Shown here piece by piece: positions 10,638 to 22,014 of a DNA stretch of 64,000 bases. This DNA comes from Neodothiora populina (taxonomy: Eukaryota), in contig NW_027191406.1 of NCBI RefSeq assembly GCF_041146345.1, positions 1,364,001 to 1,428,000 on the forward strand. The letters are read 5' to 3'. Positions within the stretch are counted from its first letter, which is position 1. Each line of letters opens with the position of its first letter. The position numbers were made by a program, and so were the translations under genes. The notes beneath the pieces are model-generated. The model was not told where the DNA came from, ran no database searches, and worked only from the letters and a program-made list of their open reading frames with translations.

Positions 10638-13600
10638 CTAGTAGACTTCGAGCACATATCTCTCCTCCTCCTTGAGACGGTCAATCTCCTTCTTGGCATC
10701 GACCTTCTTGCCGCCCTCGGCCGCCGCACCCTCAGCCTCGATCGCCTCCTCGAGCACGTTCGTGACGTCCGGAACCGGCCACGTGGGTCCGCAGAGATAG
10801 AAGCTTCCCTCCTCTTTGAGGTAGGCCTTTCGGATCTCGGTCAAGCTCTCACGCATGCGGTCTTGGATGTAGATCTTCTGAGGCTGGTCACGCGAGAAGG
10901 CACAGCCCATCAAGGTGATAATGCCCGCGGACTGGTAGGCCTCCCATTCTTCGCCGTACAGGTACTCTTCGCGCTGAGTGCGCGAGCCCATGTACAGCAG
11001 CACGTCGCCGATCTCGTGGCCTTGCTGTTTCTGCCATGCGCGCTCCTGCACGAAGGCGCGGAAGGGCGCGAGACCTGTTCCGAGACCCGCCATGATCAGG
11101 GGCGCCGTCGTCTTGGGGGGCAGCTTCATGACGGACGGCTTGACGGATACAGTCACGGGGCTGCCGACATGCAAAGAGTTGAGGTAGCGGGTTGCTTGGC
11201 CGAAGCGGTCGCGGCCCTGCGGGTCGACCCAGTTGACGGTGACGATGAGCAGGGACACTCGGGTAGGGGTGACGTGCTGAGACGAGGCGATCGAGTACTC
11301 GCGACGCTTCATGGGTGCAACGAGACGCACAATGTCGTGGAACGAGGGGTGAGCCGAAGGGAACTCGAGCAGAATATCCGCATAAGTGACCGTGTCGACT
11401 TCGGCACGGCGCTTGAACTCGACTTGGGCCTCCTGGTTGCCACCGGTACCGAGCATGAGAAGCTGAGTCTTCTCCGAGTCCTTGTCGGCGAACTCGGACA
11501 GTGCCTCGTAGAAACGCTTGGGTGGGCGACCGAAGATGTCGACGTTCTGGATGAGTGCCTGGTACACGGTGCGGTTCTCGAGGACGCTGGCATCCTCACG
11601 AGAAGGAACCTCGACAACCTCCTCGGGGTTGAGTCCGTACCACTTGATGAACTCGTCGATCTCCTTGGGGTCGTTCTCGGCATGGATACCGAGCGCCTCA
11701 CCGATGGCGTACTTGAGACCGGTGGTACCGAGATCGAACTCGATGTGGAAGATGTTACGGTCGTAGTGCTTGGGAGTGAGACGGCGACGCTCCATGACGT
11801 TGACAACAAAGGTCTCGACGCCGAGGTCAGGGCGCAGGGCAGACTTGGTGCCGTAGGCCTCCTTGAACACAAGACCCTTGGCGGCGACCTGCCAGTCACG
11901 GAGGAGATTCGTCGCCTCCTCGTCCTCCTGGGCAAAGCTGCCGAAGCTGTTGACATTGAGATCCTCGGGCATAAGCAGAGGCTTGTCGGCCTCGGGCTCA
12001 GCGGTCAACCAAGACTCAGGAATCTCAATCTTACGAAGAGCAGTCTCGAGGTCCTTGGCAAGAGTCTCGAGGACATCGCCGCCGAGCTTCTTGATGCCAG
12101 TCTCGTAGAGATCGCCACGGGCGAGCTTGAGGAAAGCAAGCTGAACAAGATAGTTCTCAAGCTCAGCCTCCTCGGCAACCTTGGCAGAGGCAGTGGGGTC
12201 GAGAAGGAAAAGCTGGACCTTCTTGCTGGCAAGGCCCTTGCGAACCTCGACAGGGAAGCTCTTCTCGAGGTCCTCGTCCTTGCCACCGGGCAGCTTGACG
12301 AGAACGACACCCTCGTTCTTGACCGACTTGAGGACATCGTAGTTCTTGAGGAGCTTGGCCTCAGCGACAACGGCCACGTCAGCGGCCTTGACGGAGTAAG
12401 CTGCCTCAATGGACTTGGCCGAGGCCCTGATATCGGTACGGAGGGAACCACCCTGGACGAGGTTGTCGTGACCAGTGCGGACGGAGACATTGAGCTTAGA
12501 GTTTCCGGACAGAAGCTGGCCGAGAACAACAGGGGCACTGGCAGAGTGCGAGTTGTCGACATCCCAGAAGGTGTACTGCTGGACATCACCAGATGGGAGC
12601 TCAAAGGGAGTCTCGGGGGCGTGAGCGATCTTCTGGCCGATCTGCTGGATGAGACCAGCCATCTTGGCAGGGGTCCAGACCTCTTCCCTTGCGTACTTGA
12701 GGTCGAAGACGGCGGGAGTCTTCTCCAAGTGAGTGGCAAAAGTCAAAGCCGCGAGAACGTCAGTGTAGAGATTCGAGTGCTCGGCAGCGTCGGTGACGGC
12801 GGCCTGGTCGTGGACCTGGCCGAGAACAGCAATGTTCTGGACGGAGGGAGCAAGAACCTCGAGGAACTCCTCCTCGACGAAGGGGCGGTAGACGCGGACG
12901 TTGACAACACCAACCTTGATGTCCTTTTGAGCCATGGCGTCGGCGGTTTGAGCAGCAAGAGAAGCCTCGACGGTACCGAAGACGACGAGAACAGACTCGG
13001 GCTCGGCGTGGCCGCGGTATTCGAACAGCTTGTACTCGGTGCCGAGCTCGTTGTTGAAAGCCTTGAGGAGACGGCTGACTCTGCCCTCATTGTCCGAGTG
13101 CTTCTTCTCGCTCTCGGGCGAGTCGTTGAGGATGGCAGTGTAGTTCTTCTGGAGACCGGCCTTGTCAAGCACGTCAATGACACGAGTGGTCTCGCGACCG
13201 ACGGTGATGCCATCGTAGACATGGAGAGAAGGAAGAATGGAGGCCATGAGGGTGGCGAAGAGAGACATGTGCTGCATCTCGTAGGTCGAGGCACTCGAGA
13301 CAAGACCGAGGCCGAGCTCCTCAGCAATGCGGAAGGAAGAGACATAGTCGGTGACAAGACCAGAGGAGGAGTTGCGAGCGTAGTCTACGGCAGCAATGTG
13401 GGCAACAAGAGGGTTTGCGACATTGTAGAGAAGAGACAACTGATCGAGCGAAGGACGGAGGAAAGGCAGGGATCCAGAAGAGGCGAGGATGGACTGAGGG
13501 ATGTGGCGCTTCTTGAGGTCAAAGTCCTTGGAGAAGATGTAACCGAGAGCGATGGATCCAGCACCGGTCCTGGTCTCCATGGCGGTGACGCCGGTGGTGT

Positions 13601-13865
13601 AGCCATTGCCGTTCTGCTCGCCCTGTGCCTGCCAGCTCTTTGCGGCGACGTCAAGATCGAAAGTGTCGGGAGAGTAAGTGAAGAGCTTGTCGGAAAGGGT
13701 GTATGCGACCTGCTGAACGAGCGTCTGGGCGGTCAAGTAGGTGGGACCGCTGATGGACGAGAGAGAGACATCCCGGCCGAAGGGGAGACTGCCCGACCTC
13801 TGCGCAGATTTGTCCCGAGACTCAACCTGGGCTGAGCCGGTCGAGGTGGCTTCTTGGAGATGCAT
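10638..13865 (-). CDS. MET10: Sulfite reductase [NADPH] flavoprotein (alpha) subunit
   Basis: 1075-aa ORF: N-terminal PFOR-like region (VGVVNVRVYRPF), FAD-binding RREYSIASS, NADPH-binding MAGLGTGLAPFRAF, AFSRDQPQKIYIQD, FYLCG, C-terminal YVLEVY. Confidence 0.93.
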   Translation of the reverse strand: MHLQEATSTGSAQVESRDKSAQRSGSLPFGRDVSLSSISGPTYLTAQTLVQQVAYTLSDKLFTYSPDTFDLDVAAKSWQAQGEQNGNGYTTGVTAMETRTGAGSIALGYIFSKDFDLKKRHIPQSILASSGSLPFLRPSLDQLSLLYNVANPLVAHIAAVDYARNSSSGLVTDYVSSFRIAEELGLGLVSSASTYEMQHMSLFATLMASILPSLHVYDGITVGRETTRVIDVLDKAGLQKNYTAILNDSPESEKKHSDNEGRVSRLLKAFNNELGTEYKLFEYRGHAEPESVLVVFGTVEASLAAQTADAMAQKDIKVGVVNVRVYRPFVEEEFLEVLAPSVQNIAVLGQVHDQAAVTDAAEHSNLYTDVLAALTFATHLEKTPAVFDLKYAREEVWTPAKMAGLIQQIGQKIAHAPETPFELPSGDVQQYTFWDVDNSHSASAPVVLGQLLSGNSKLNVSVRTGHDNLVQGGSLRTDIRASAKSIEAAYSVKAADVAVVAEAKLLKNYDVLKSVKNEGVVLVKLPGGKDEDLEKSFPVEVRKGLASKKVQLFLLDPTASAKVAEEAELENYLVQLAFLKLARGDLYETGIKKLGGDVLETLAKDLETALRKIEIPESWLTAEPEADKPLLMPEDLNVNSFGSFAQEDEEATNLLRDWQVAAKGLVFKEAYGTKSALRPDLGVETFVVNVMERRRLTPKHYDRNIFHIEFDLGTTGLKYAIGEALGIHAENDPKEIDEFIKWYGLNPEEVVEVPSREDASVLENRTVYQALIQNVDIFGRPPKRFYEALSEFADKDSEKTQLLMLGTGGNQEAQVEFKRRAEVDTVTYADILLEFPSAHPSFHDIVRLVAPMKRREYSIASSQHVTPTRVSLLIVTVNWVDPQGRDRFGQATRYLNSLHVGSPVTVSVKPSVMKLPPKTTAPLIMAGLGTGLAPFRAFVQERAWQKQQGHEIGDVLLYMGSRTQREEYLYGEEWEAYQSAGIITLMGCAFSRDQPQKIYIQDRMRESLTEIRKAYLKEEGSFYLCGPTWPVPDVTNVLEEAIEAEGAAAEGGKKVDAKKEIDRLKEEERYVLEVY

Positions 13866-14654
13866 TTTTCTCGTCTTTGGCTCGTTGCAGAGATCACCTC
13901 GAGTGGGGGAAGTGATTATAAATGATCTTTATTTTACTCGAGTCACTTGTCGCCACGACAATAAGAATGACAAGAAAATAGACAAGCAATCGAACCAGCG
14001 CACCACAGACCAAGGACACAACTGCGACGCGATTGACTAGAAGAGAAGAAAAGACGTCGAGATGCGTATACAGCAAGAGGCAAAAGACGAACGACTTACT
14101 GTATTGTTCGCCTCTATCGGCAAAAAAAAAGTGTTGGATCAACTCGACATGTCCGCTAAGGGCAAAAGCACGCAATTCCGCATCCCCGACTTCGCTTTGA
14201 TCCACCCTGGCTGATTTGGTTACCTTTCGGGTCATCTTTGGACCTCAGCCCGTGATTGGCTGATCGTGGACACAAGCCAAGCATTGCTGTACTGTAAACG
14301 ATGCCAGAATCAAGACTAGCGTATTATACTTGTACAAGTATAGTGAAGACAGGCGGGGCATCGCAACGGTGTTACTGTACCATATCGCCGTGCCCCCCAA
14401 ATTGTTTCTGTTTACTTTTGCTTGGTGCTCGGCGTGTCGCAGGTACTTTTGCAGTCATTTATGGAGTAATCTTTGGCACTTTCAGGTTGTTGTTTTCCAA
14501 GCCTTTTTCGCCCTGAAACAAGACGATCCAAGTGTGACGCATTTAGATTCATCAACAATAAACAACAACGACGTTGACAACGACAACCGCTCACCCACGC
14601 CACTATTGTCAACTACTCTATTTCCATTCCTTCTGTCCCTGAAGTGTGCATTCC

Positions 14655-17600
14655 ATGTCCTCGACCGACACTTCACGCAAGGAACGAACGCCTTTCAGGC
14701 CGCTCAACAGCCTCCATTCCATCAAACAACCAGACTTTGGCAAGTCAATATTGTCTTCATCAACAAAACATCAACGTGGCATTCCCACGGAGAATTCACA
14801 GCGCAGCATAGGCGACGACAGTTCATTGTTCGACAGCACGGATGGCAGCATAAACTTCGACATCATCCCCGTCATCCCGCCGCAGTACGTGTCGCCTCGC
14901 AAAGACTCGTCGTCAGATATGGCTATCCAGAGAGAGCCGCCAAAGGACAAGAATGCATCCTCTTCTTCGACGTCGTCTTCGCAACATTCGGCATCATCAC
15001 AACGCCCCGCCGCCGATGCTCTTCCGAACCGGGCTTCCCTACAGCAGACCGAGTTCGGCAAAGCGAGCCCTCTGCGCAATCCGTTGAGAAGAGACCATCC
15101 CAATGTCTTCAACCCAAACAAGGGCAGGAATGAACACCATCGTGCAGCTCCAGCGCCGGCTTTCCGTGATCCTAGAAGTATCATCGCCGCTGCCCCACCT
15201 TCCCAGCCGCAGTTCAAGCGACCTGGTGACAAACCTCGCGCCCACGTGTCGCAACAGTCTTCGGACCCATTGTTTGCACCCATCCGGAACCCACTGTATG
15301 CCCCGCAACCAAATCCCCTGCGCTCCTCCACGTCGCAGCACCAAGCCATCCGCATGCCCACCAACAACGCTCCCAAGACCATACATGCTCCGCCGCGACC
15401 GACTTTTTCTTCTTCCGTCGGTCCAAACACGTCCTTTCAACCTTCCGGAGCACCGCCCGCTTCGCGCAAGACCATCGACCTCACCAGTCAAGACTCGGAC
15501 GATGATGATCGCTTCGATCCAAACGCTGCCCTGAGAGAAGACAAGTTCGGCAGCGCTGATGCCCATGCCTACGTCGACGCCTCCCAGACCGGCGAGAACA
15601 TCAAGGCCCTGCTTGAGGGCGCCTTTGAAGATGACGAGGACAAGCCGAAGATCAGGCTGCGGAAAAGAGCAAAGAAGCAGGACAAGCCGTCCACAGAAGA
15701 CAAGAAGATGCAATCTCTAGAGGCCAAGCTTAAGGAGCTAGAGCTCGAGGCGGAGACAAAGCAGGAGGAGGAAAAGCCAGCCGAAGAGGACGAAGATGAA
15801 GAAGACGGCACTGTCGAAGGTATGAAGGTCAAGCTCTTGCCTCACCAGGTCGACGGTGTGGCCTGGATGACCGACAAGGAGATTGGCGTGCGCAAGAAGA
15901 ACGGTGTCTTGCCCAGAGGCGGTATCTTGGCTGATGACATGGGTTTGGGAAAGACCATCCAATCTGTCACGCTGATCTTGACCAATCCCCGACCCGCACT
16001 TGACGCCAAACCTCCGCCAGAGAACCCGAAGCAGAAGATGCCAATCAAAGATGTGGGAAAGGGTACCCTCGTCGTCGCTCCTCTTGCTCTCATCAAGCAG
16101 TGGGAAGCCGAAATCAAGGACAAAGTCGACAAGGACCACGCACTCCGAGTCCTTGTGCACCACGGCCCCTCACGGACAAAGTCACATGCAGAGCTCAAAA
16201 AGTACGATGTTGTCATCACCACGTACCAGATCCTCGCCTCTGAACATGCTGGCTCCTCTGACGCCGATGGAGGCGCCAAGTTGGGGTGTTTCGGTGTTCA
16301 CTGGTACCGCGTCATCCTGGACGAAGCTCACTCAATCAAGAATCGCAATGCAAAGTCTACCAAGGCTTGCTATGCTCTGAAGAGTTGGTACAGATGGTGT
16401 CTGACGGGTACCCCGATGCAGAACAATCTCGATGAACTGCAGAGTCTTATCGCCTTCCTCAAGATCAAGCCATACAACAATCTCGGCAACTGGAAGGAGC
16501 AGATCACTGGTCCAATGAAGAACGGCCAGGGTCAGATCGCCATAAAACGTGTTCAGTACTTCCTCAAGGGATTCATGAAACGGAGAACGAAAGACATATT
16601 GAAGCAAGACGGCGCTCTCAACTTTGGCGGAAATTCAAAGACTGGCGAGCAAAAGGGCGCCGGCATGCGAATCGTGAAGCGCGATGTCAAAACCATTATC
16701 TGCGAACTTGATCCCCGAGAAAGAGACCTTTATGATCAGCTCCAGGAGAGGGCTCAAAGCCGACTGAACGATATGATGGCAGGCGAGAGCAACGACTACA
16801 TGGGTGCCCTTGTTTTGCTTTTACGATTGAGACAAGCCTGCAATCACCCTCAGCTTATCTCCGGGTCAATGGCCAAGGACGGAGACGCCGTCTCTGTCGG
16901 TCGGCTCATTGCTGCTCCGATCTCGAGAGAAGGATCAAATAACGATAATGACTTGGACGACCTCGCCGGCCTAATTGGCGGCCTGACTGTTGAGACGAAA
17001 GTCTGCGATATCTGCAGCGCCAAGCTGACGCCAGAGGAGGCATCCAAGGGTTCTCCAAGATGCTTTGACTGTGAACAGCTCGCGCTAAATACACATAGCC
17101 AGAAGAAGAGAAGCAAGAAGGAGAAGAAGAAACAGAAGGTGAAAGCAGAAGCCGTCAAGAAGCCAGCTCCAAGGATCAGAAACCGCAAAGTCGTTCTCGA
17201 TAGTGACGACGAAGACGACGAGGGAGAGGGTGACTGGCTGGTCGATGAAACACAACAGAAGAGACCTGATCTAGGGAGAGCAGGCGGCACGGATGACGAA
17301 GACGCCGAAGGTGGGGGCGAGTCACTTGGATCTATTGACTCGGTGGACGACAGTGGCATCACCTCGACGATCGCTTCAGACTCTGCAGTTTCAGAATCTG
17401 ACGATGACAGCGAAGACGAGGGATCGTCAGATCCGAGCATGCCCTTGGCTTCCACCAAAGTGAGGAGACTACTCAAAATCCTTCACACCGAGACTCCAGA
17501 GCACAAAACTATTGTGTTCTCCCAATTCACGTCAATGCTCGATATCATCGAGCCACACCTGAAGAAGGCATCGATCAAGTACGTTCGCTACGACGGCAGC

Positions 17601-18203
17601 ATGAAGAACGATGCTCGCGAAGCCGCACTGGAGAGTCTACGCAATCACAAAGCAACCCGCGTACTGCTGTGCAGTCTGAAGTGTGGCTCTCTCGGCCTCA
17701 ACCTCACCGCTGCCAGTCGTGTTGTCATTGTCGAGCCTTTCTGGAACCCGTTTGTCGAGGAGCAAGCCATCGATCGCGTCCATAGACTCAACCAGACCGT
17801 CGATGTCAAGGTGTTCAGACTTACCGTCGGTAACACCGTCGAGGAGCGCATCCTTGAACTTCAAGAAAAGAAGAGAGAACTGGCCAAGGCTGCCATCGAG
17901 GGCGGCACGGCTGTCGGCAAGCTCTCTATGCGCGACATCATGTCACTCTTCGGCAGGAACGCAGAAATTCCGCACGTAGACGACAATGATCCCCAAGGCA
18001 AGCCTGTGAACTATTCGATGCCGAAGATCGCTAGAAACAATCCAGACAAGCGAAGAGAAGCCAGCAGTTCGGGAGGCGCACCGAGACAAGTAGGATGGAG
18101 CAACGGACGCTTGAGCTATGACAGAAATGATAGAAGAGGCGGCTACGAAAGAAATTCGGGAGGAAGGATCAGAAATGAAGATCCGGTCTATGGACGGCGC
18201 TGA
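14655..18203 (+). CDS. SNF2-family helicase/ATPase, Rad5/Rad16-like group (Uls1/Rrp1-2-like)
   Basis: LLPHQ, GGILADDMGLGKT, TLVVAP, LDEAH, LTGTPMQN, LLRLRQACNHP, FSQFTSML, GLNLTAASRV, QAIDRVHRLNQ; first ATG at 14655. Confidence 0.9.
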   Translation: MSSTDTSRKERTPFRPLNSLHSIKQPDFGKSILSSSTKHQRGIPTENSQRSIGDDSSLFDSTDGSINFDIIPVIPPQYVSPRKDSSSDMAIQREPPKDKNASSSSTSSSQHSASSQRPAADALPNRASLQQTEFGKASPLRNPLRRDHPNVFNPNKGRNEHHRAAPAPAFRDPRSIIAAAPPSQPQFKRPGDKPRAHVSQQSSDPLFAPIRNPLYAPQPNPLRSSTSQHQAIRMPTNNAPKTIHAPPRPTFSSSVGPNTSFQPSGAPPASRKTIDLTSQDSDDDDRFDPNAALREDKFGSADAHAYVDASQTGENIKALLEGAFEDDEDKPKIRLRKRAKKQDKPSTEDKKMQSLEAKLKELELEAETKQEEEKPAEEDEDEEDGTVEGMKVKLLPHQVDGVAWMTDKEIGVRKKNGVLPRGGILADDMGLGKTIQSVTLILTNPRPALDAKPPPENPKQKMPIKDVGKGTLVVAPLALIKQWEAEIKDKVDKDHALRVLVHHGPSRTKSHAELKKYDVVITTYQILASEHAGSSDADGGAKLGCFGVHWYRVILDEAHSIKNRNAKSTKACYALKSWYRWCLTGTPMQNNLDELQSLIAFLKIKPYNNLGNWKEQITGPMKNGQGQIAIKRVQYFLKGFMKRRTKDILKQDGALNFGGNSKTGEQKGAGMRIVKRDVKTIICELDPRERDLYDQLQERAQSRLNDMMAGESNDYMGALVLLLRLRQACNHPQLISGSMAKDGDAVSVGRLIAAPISREGSNNDNDLDDLAGLIGGLTVETKVCDICSAKLTPEEASKGSPRCFDCEQLALNTHSQKKRSKKEKKKQKVKAEAVKKPAPRIRNRKVVLDSDDEDDEGEGDWLVDETQQKRPDLGRAGGTDDEDAEGGGESLGSIDSVDDSGITSTIASDSAVSESDDDSEDEGSSDPSMPLASTKVRRLLKILHTETPEHKTIVFSQFTSMLDIIEPHLKKASIKYVRYDGSMKNDAREAALESLRNHKATRVLLCSLKCGSLGLNLTAASRVVIVEPFWNPFVEEQAIDRVHRLNQTVDVKVFRLTVGNTVEERILELQEKKRELAKAAIEGGTAVGKLSMRDIMSLFGRNAEIPHVDDNDPQGKPVNYSMPKIARNNPDKRREASSSGGAPRQVGWSNGRLSYDRNDRRGGYERNSGGRIRNEDPVYGRR

Positions 18204-19648
18204 CATTACGAGAAGGCGATTACCCATGGTTTGAAGAGGCTAAATTTCTTTCTGGAGAGTTCTCATTTCCTCTCCACGGCGTTATTGAATGGAGGCTGTA
18301 TTACTCCGTCGTCTTTGTGAATTATCAGCATCTTGGATACGATCAATCCCCCAAGACCTTTGACTTTCCTGAGTTGTCAGTGACAAATTGGTGCTCATCT
18401 TTGATAATATGTCACATCGGCCCCGTCATCGGGCCTCGCTGCTATAAAGTAGAGCTCGTAAAGTAGAGGCCATCAAGTCTAGCATAAGCAAACATAGAAG
18501 ATCCACAGGCGAAATGTTATCATATACTATTTCAAGCCCTTGCTGTCTCGGCGTAATTCAGGGTTGAAACCCCTTATATGAGATCAAGATAACCTGTGGC
18601 TCGAGCGTCGGTGGTTAAAGGTCCGCCAAGGACTTAGCGATGCTTTTCAACCCATTCTCTAACACGCATCCGGACTCTAAGGTAGGCAACAGCGCCTAGG
18701 AAAACATTCGCTGCGATCCTTTTACTCTTTATTCCCAGACGTGTCTAGACGCGCTCTGTAAGAGGTCCCATCAAGTAGGGCAAATCGGCAAGCATGTATG
18801 GCAAGTCGTCGTGCTACACGTATTCTTGTGGCATAAGGTTCAAACCAAGATGACGAATCCTGGCCTGTCATACGCCATCAGTCACAATCACACAGTATAC
18901 TCATCGACCTGATTCCTGTCGCTGAGCTATACAACACGATCGCGAATGTATTGCGGCAACTCGCGACTTCGGAAATGCTTGATATCTGGCGGCACTTTCT
19001 TGTCTATATATGCTAATATGAAGACGAAGCTCGCGCCAAGTGGGCACCTGGCCACAAGCGTTTCGGACGACTGTTCATCCAGCAAACCACAAAGTCGCTG
19101 GGTTTACCACCGCATCTGTGCACGTGAAACTCATCCCGGCTGACGCGGCAATGGAGTGTCGACCTTCGAACTGTTCAGCCCTCGTTGATATTCTCCGAGA
19201 GTGGCTGTACATCACTTGTGATACGATGCACTGACTGCATGTGCATCATAGTCTTTGCTCTTTGGAGAAAGGTAGCAGCTCAAAGCGCAGACAGGACTCT
19301 GGCTGTCCGGCGTGGGTCTCATGGACCAGAATGATGATTTACTATTAGTAGGTGATCTACCCTACTTCCTTTTGCCTGTTGTACATCCTTGCTCGCCCCT
19401 TGACCCTCTTTTCTGCTCTTGATATTCCCCTTCATTCTTATACCCTGGTTGTCCTGTTTCTTTCCTGTCCGCGTGTCGTCTGTTTCATATCCAATAGCCT
19501 GCCTTCTTGTGGCACTTCCTCTCTCTCGCTCTCTTCCTCTCTCACAGCCTCTTCCTCTAGGCATTCCTACAGTCTTCAGAATACCCCTCCTTTGCTGGCT
19601 AGCGGACACAAAACCTTACTCGTGTTACGAATCTATCTGAAGATCATT

Positions 19649-20938
19649 ATGAGATCTTTCAAGACGCTCGCTACGGGTACCGCCCTCGTGGCTGCCACCA
19701 TGGTCAGCGCCCAGACCTATACTGACTGTAACCCCATGAACAAGACTTGCACACCTGATGCAGGTCTTGACGTTTGGACTGTCACCACGGACTTCACCAA
19801 GGGCGAAAATGAGTTCAAGAAGAACTGGACCGCCGCCGATGGTACATATCTTACCTACGATGACTCCAAGGGTGCGATGTTCAACATCTCCAAGGATGGC
19901 CAGGCTCCTACCGTCCAGACGGACTTCTACGTCATGTTTGGCAAGATCGATGTCGTGATGCAGGCCTCACCTGGAACTGGTATTATCAGTTCGATTGTGC
20001 TGGAGTCTGACGACCTTGACGAGATTGATTGGGAGTGGTTGGGTGGCAATGGCACCCATGTCGAGAGTAATTACTTGTACGTATCTGATGGCCTTTCACC
20101 TCAGCTGTAGCAAGCAGTTATACTTCTGTTGTGGATGAATGTGAGCTGACTTTCATACTAGCGGCAAGGGCAACACCACCTCGTACGATCGGGCCATCTA
20201 CCACCCCGTCGATGCCCCGACTACCAAGATGCACACATACACGATCGACTGGACCGAGGAGAGCGTCAAGTGGTTGATCGATGGCAACGAAATTCGCACT
20301 CTCCAAGCCTCTGAAGCCAACGGCGGTTACGACTTTCCCCAGACCCCCATGAGACTCAAGCTTGGCAGCTGGTGCGGTGGATGCTCCGGCGAGAGCTACT
20401 GGACCAAGCAATGGGCTGGTGGCGACACCACTTTTGACAAGGCTCCGTACCTCATGTACGTCGAGTCCGTTACCGTAAGTTCTTTTCTCCCCACAACCCC
20501 AAGGGCCATACGAATCGAAACACTAACAGCCGTGACCAGGTAACCAACTACAACCCGGCCAAATCCTACACCTGGACCGACAAGTCCGGCTCCGCCGACT
20601 CAATCAAGGGCTCCAACGCAACCTCCATTTCAACCAACATCATCACTTCAACCACCAGTAAGGCCGCCTCCTCAGCCAAGACCGTCGACGTCAGCTCCGT
20701 CGTGACAACCACCAACTCAGACGGCAAGACCGTCGTGAGCACCAGCACTGGCGTCGCCACCGCAGCCGCCACCGCAAGCGATGGCTCGTCTTCCTTCTCC
20801 CAGTCGTCGGCCAGTGCTTCCGGAAGCGCGTACGCCGGCGCCGCTAGTCGTCTCGTCGGTGCTTCTGGAAGTGGTGCCGCTGCTGTGGCTTTCGGAGTCT
20901 CGTTCTTGGGACTTGCTATTGGCGCTTTCTTGCTTTGA
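19649..20938 (+). CDS. GH16 Crh1-family cell-wall transglycosylase, GPI-anchored; exons 19649-20076, 20162-20474, 20540-20938
   Basis: Signal peptide, QTYTDCNP, catalytic DLDEIDWEW, spliced NYF-GKGNTTSYDR, FPQTPMRLKLGSW, Ser/Thr-rich stalk and hydrophobic C-terminus; both introns canonical and frame-restoring. Confidence 0.92.
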
Positions 20939-22014
20939 GAAACCGTCTCACTTTTGAAGATTATCCATCCATCCACTAGAGCGAGTGGTTGTTTCCCTTA
21001 GTTGAGGATATTGAAGAAGTAGATGGCTAGCTAGCTGTCCCCCTTCGAAGACTGCACATAAAACCCCCTCCTACAAATTATTCACCTTGTATGTATGCCA
21101 CACTACCTAGATATTCACCTTTTCATGTCAATCTTTTCTTTTTCTCTTTTCTCTGTACATACACAAAATCACCTGTATATACACAAAGTACCTGTGTCTG
21201 TAGCGATAGTAGCAGTAGTAGCGGTGATAGCAATAATGGCCATAGCAGCAATAACACAACAGAGCATCGAGCAGCGATAGCGATGATAGCAGTGGTGAAG
21301 TACAGCAGCAATGGTAAGGTAGCTATGATGGAGGCTGAGCGGCGACAGTCGCATAATCACCTCTTGTCACACGTTGTGTGAAGAGCGGGGAGGGGGTGCA
21401 CAGTCAGGTTCACTCCCATTTGATATTCGTAGTAGACGAAAGGGGATAATGGCAATGGTAATGTACATCACTCCCTTCCTGGTCGCTTCCCTTCTCACGT
21501 CATTATATCACAGGAAATATATGGATGATCCTATACTACATACTCTTCTCGAGCAGGTGGGAGGACTGTTCCAGCTCCAAGCAAAAACAGATTGTCCCTG
21601 TCCTCAAATGTACCGGGGCGGGCTAGGCTAATCTTGGGTTCGATGGCTCGGGTGCGTTGGACAGGGTCGCACATTCGCAGCCCCTGTTTTGGGTATACTG
21701 TATTACACTTTGGATGTTTCGGCTGAGGTAAAACAACTGTGCAACCCACTAGCGCTGGATGGGGTCATTTGTAGGTGGATAAACAATCTATGCTGTATCG
21801 CTCGGTTTCTATATGCTACTGAGATGAGATTTCAGATGAATGGATTCCAAACATTAATCATGGAAAGCCTCCTTGACTTTATGCGACGGGGTTTTCTTTT
21901 TGGGCGTTCGGAGTGCCAGGGTAACCACCGTGGCAGATATCAACCCTCATGGAATCCGTTGTCACATTTTCCTCGTATGCCCCTCATACTTTGCTCTACC
22001 AGTCTCGACTTAGT

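Noticed and set aside
10863..13835. 990-aa antisense ORF over MET10
   Set aside because: Exactly in codon register with MET10; strong codon bias (few TTA/CTA/TCA codons) removes antisense stops; no recognisable motifs
13866..14654. MetR/CYS-3 site expected in the MET10 promoter
   Set aside because: No ATGRYRYCAT match found by eye; only a CCAAT-type box
14330..15133. 267-aa ORF overlapping the SNF2 start
   Set aside because: Non-ATG start, alternate frame of the promoter and SNF2 N-terminus, no motifs
21610..21690. GGTTCGA-containing segment considered as tRNA
   Set aside because: No cloverleaf: acceptor and T stems do not pair
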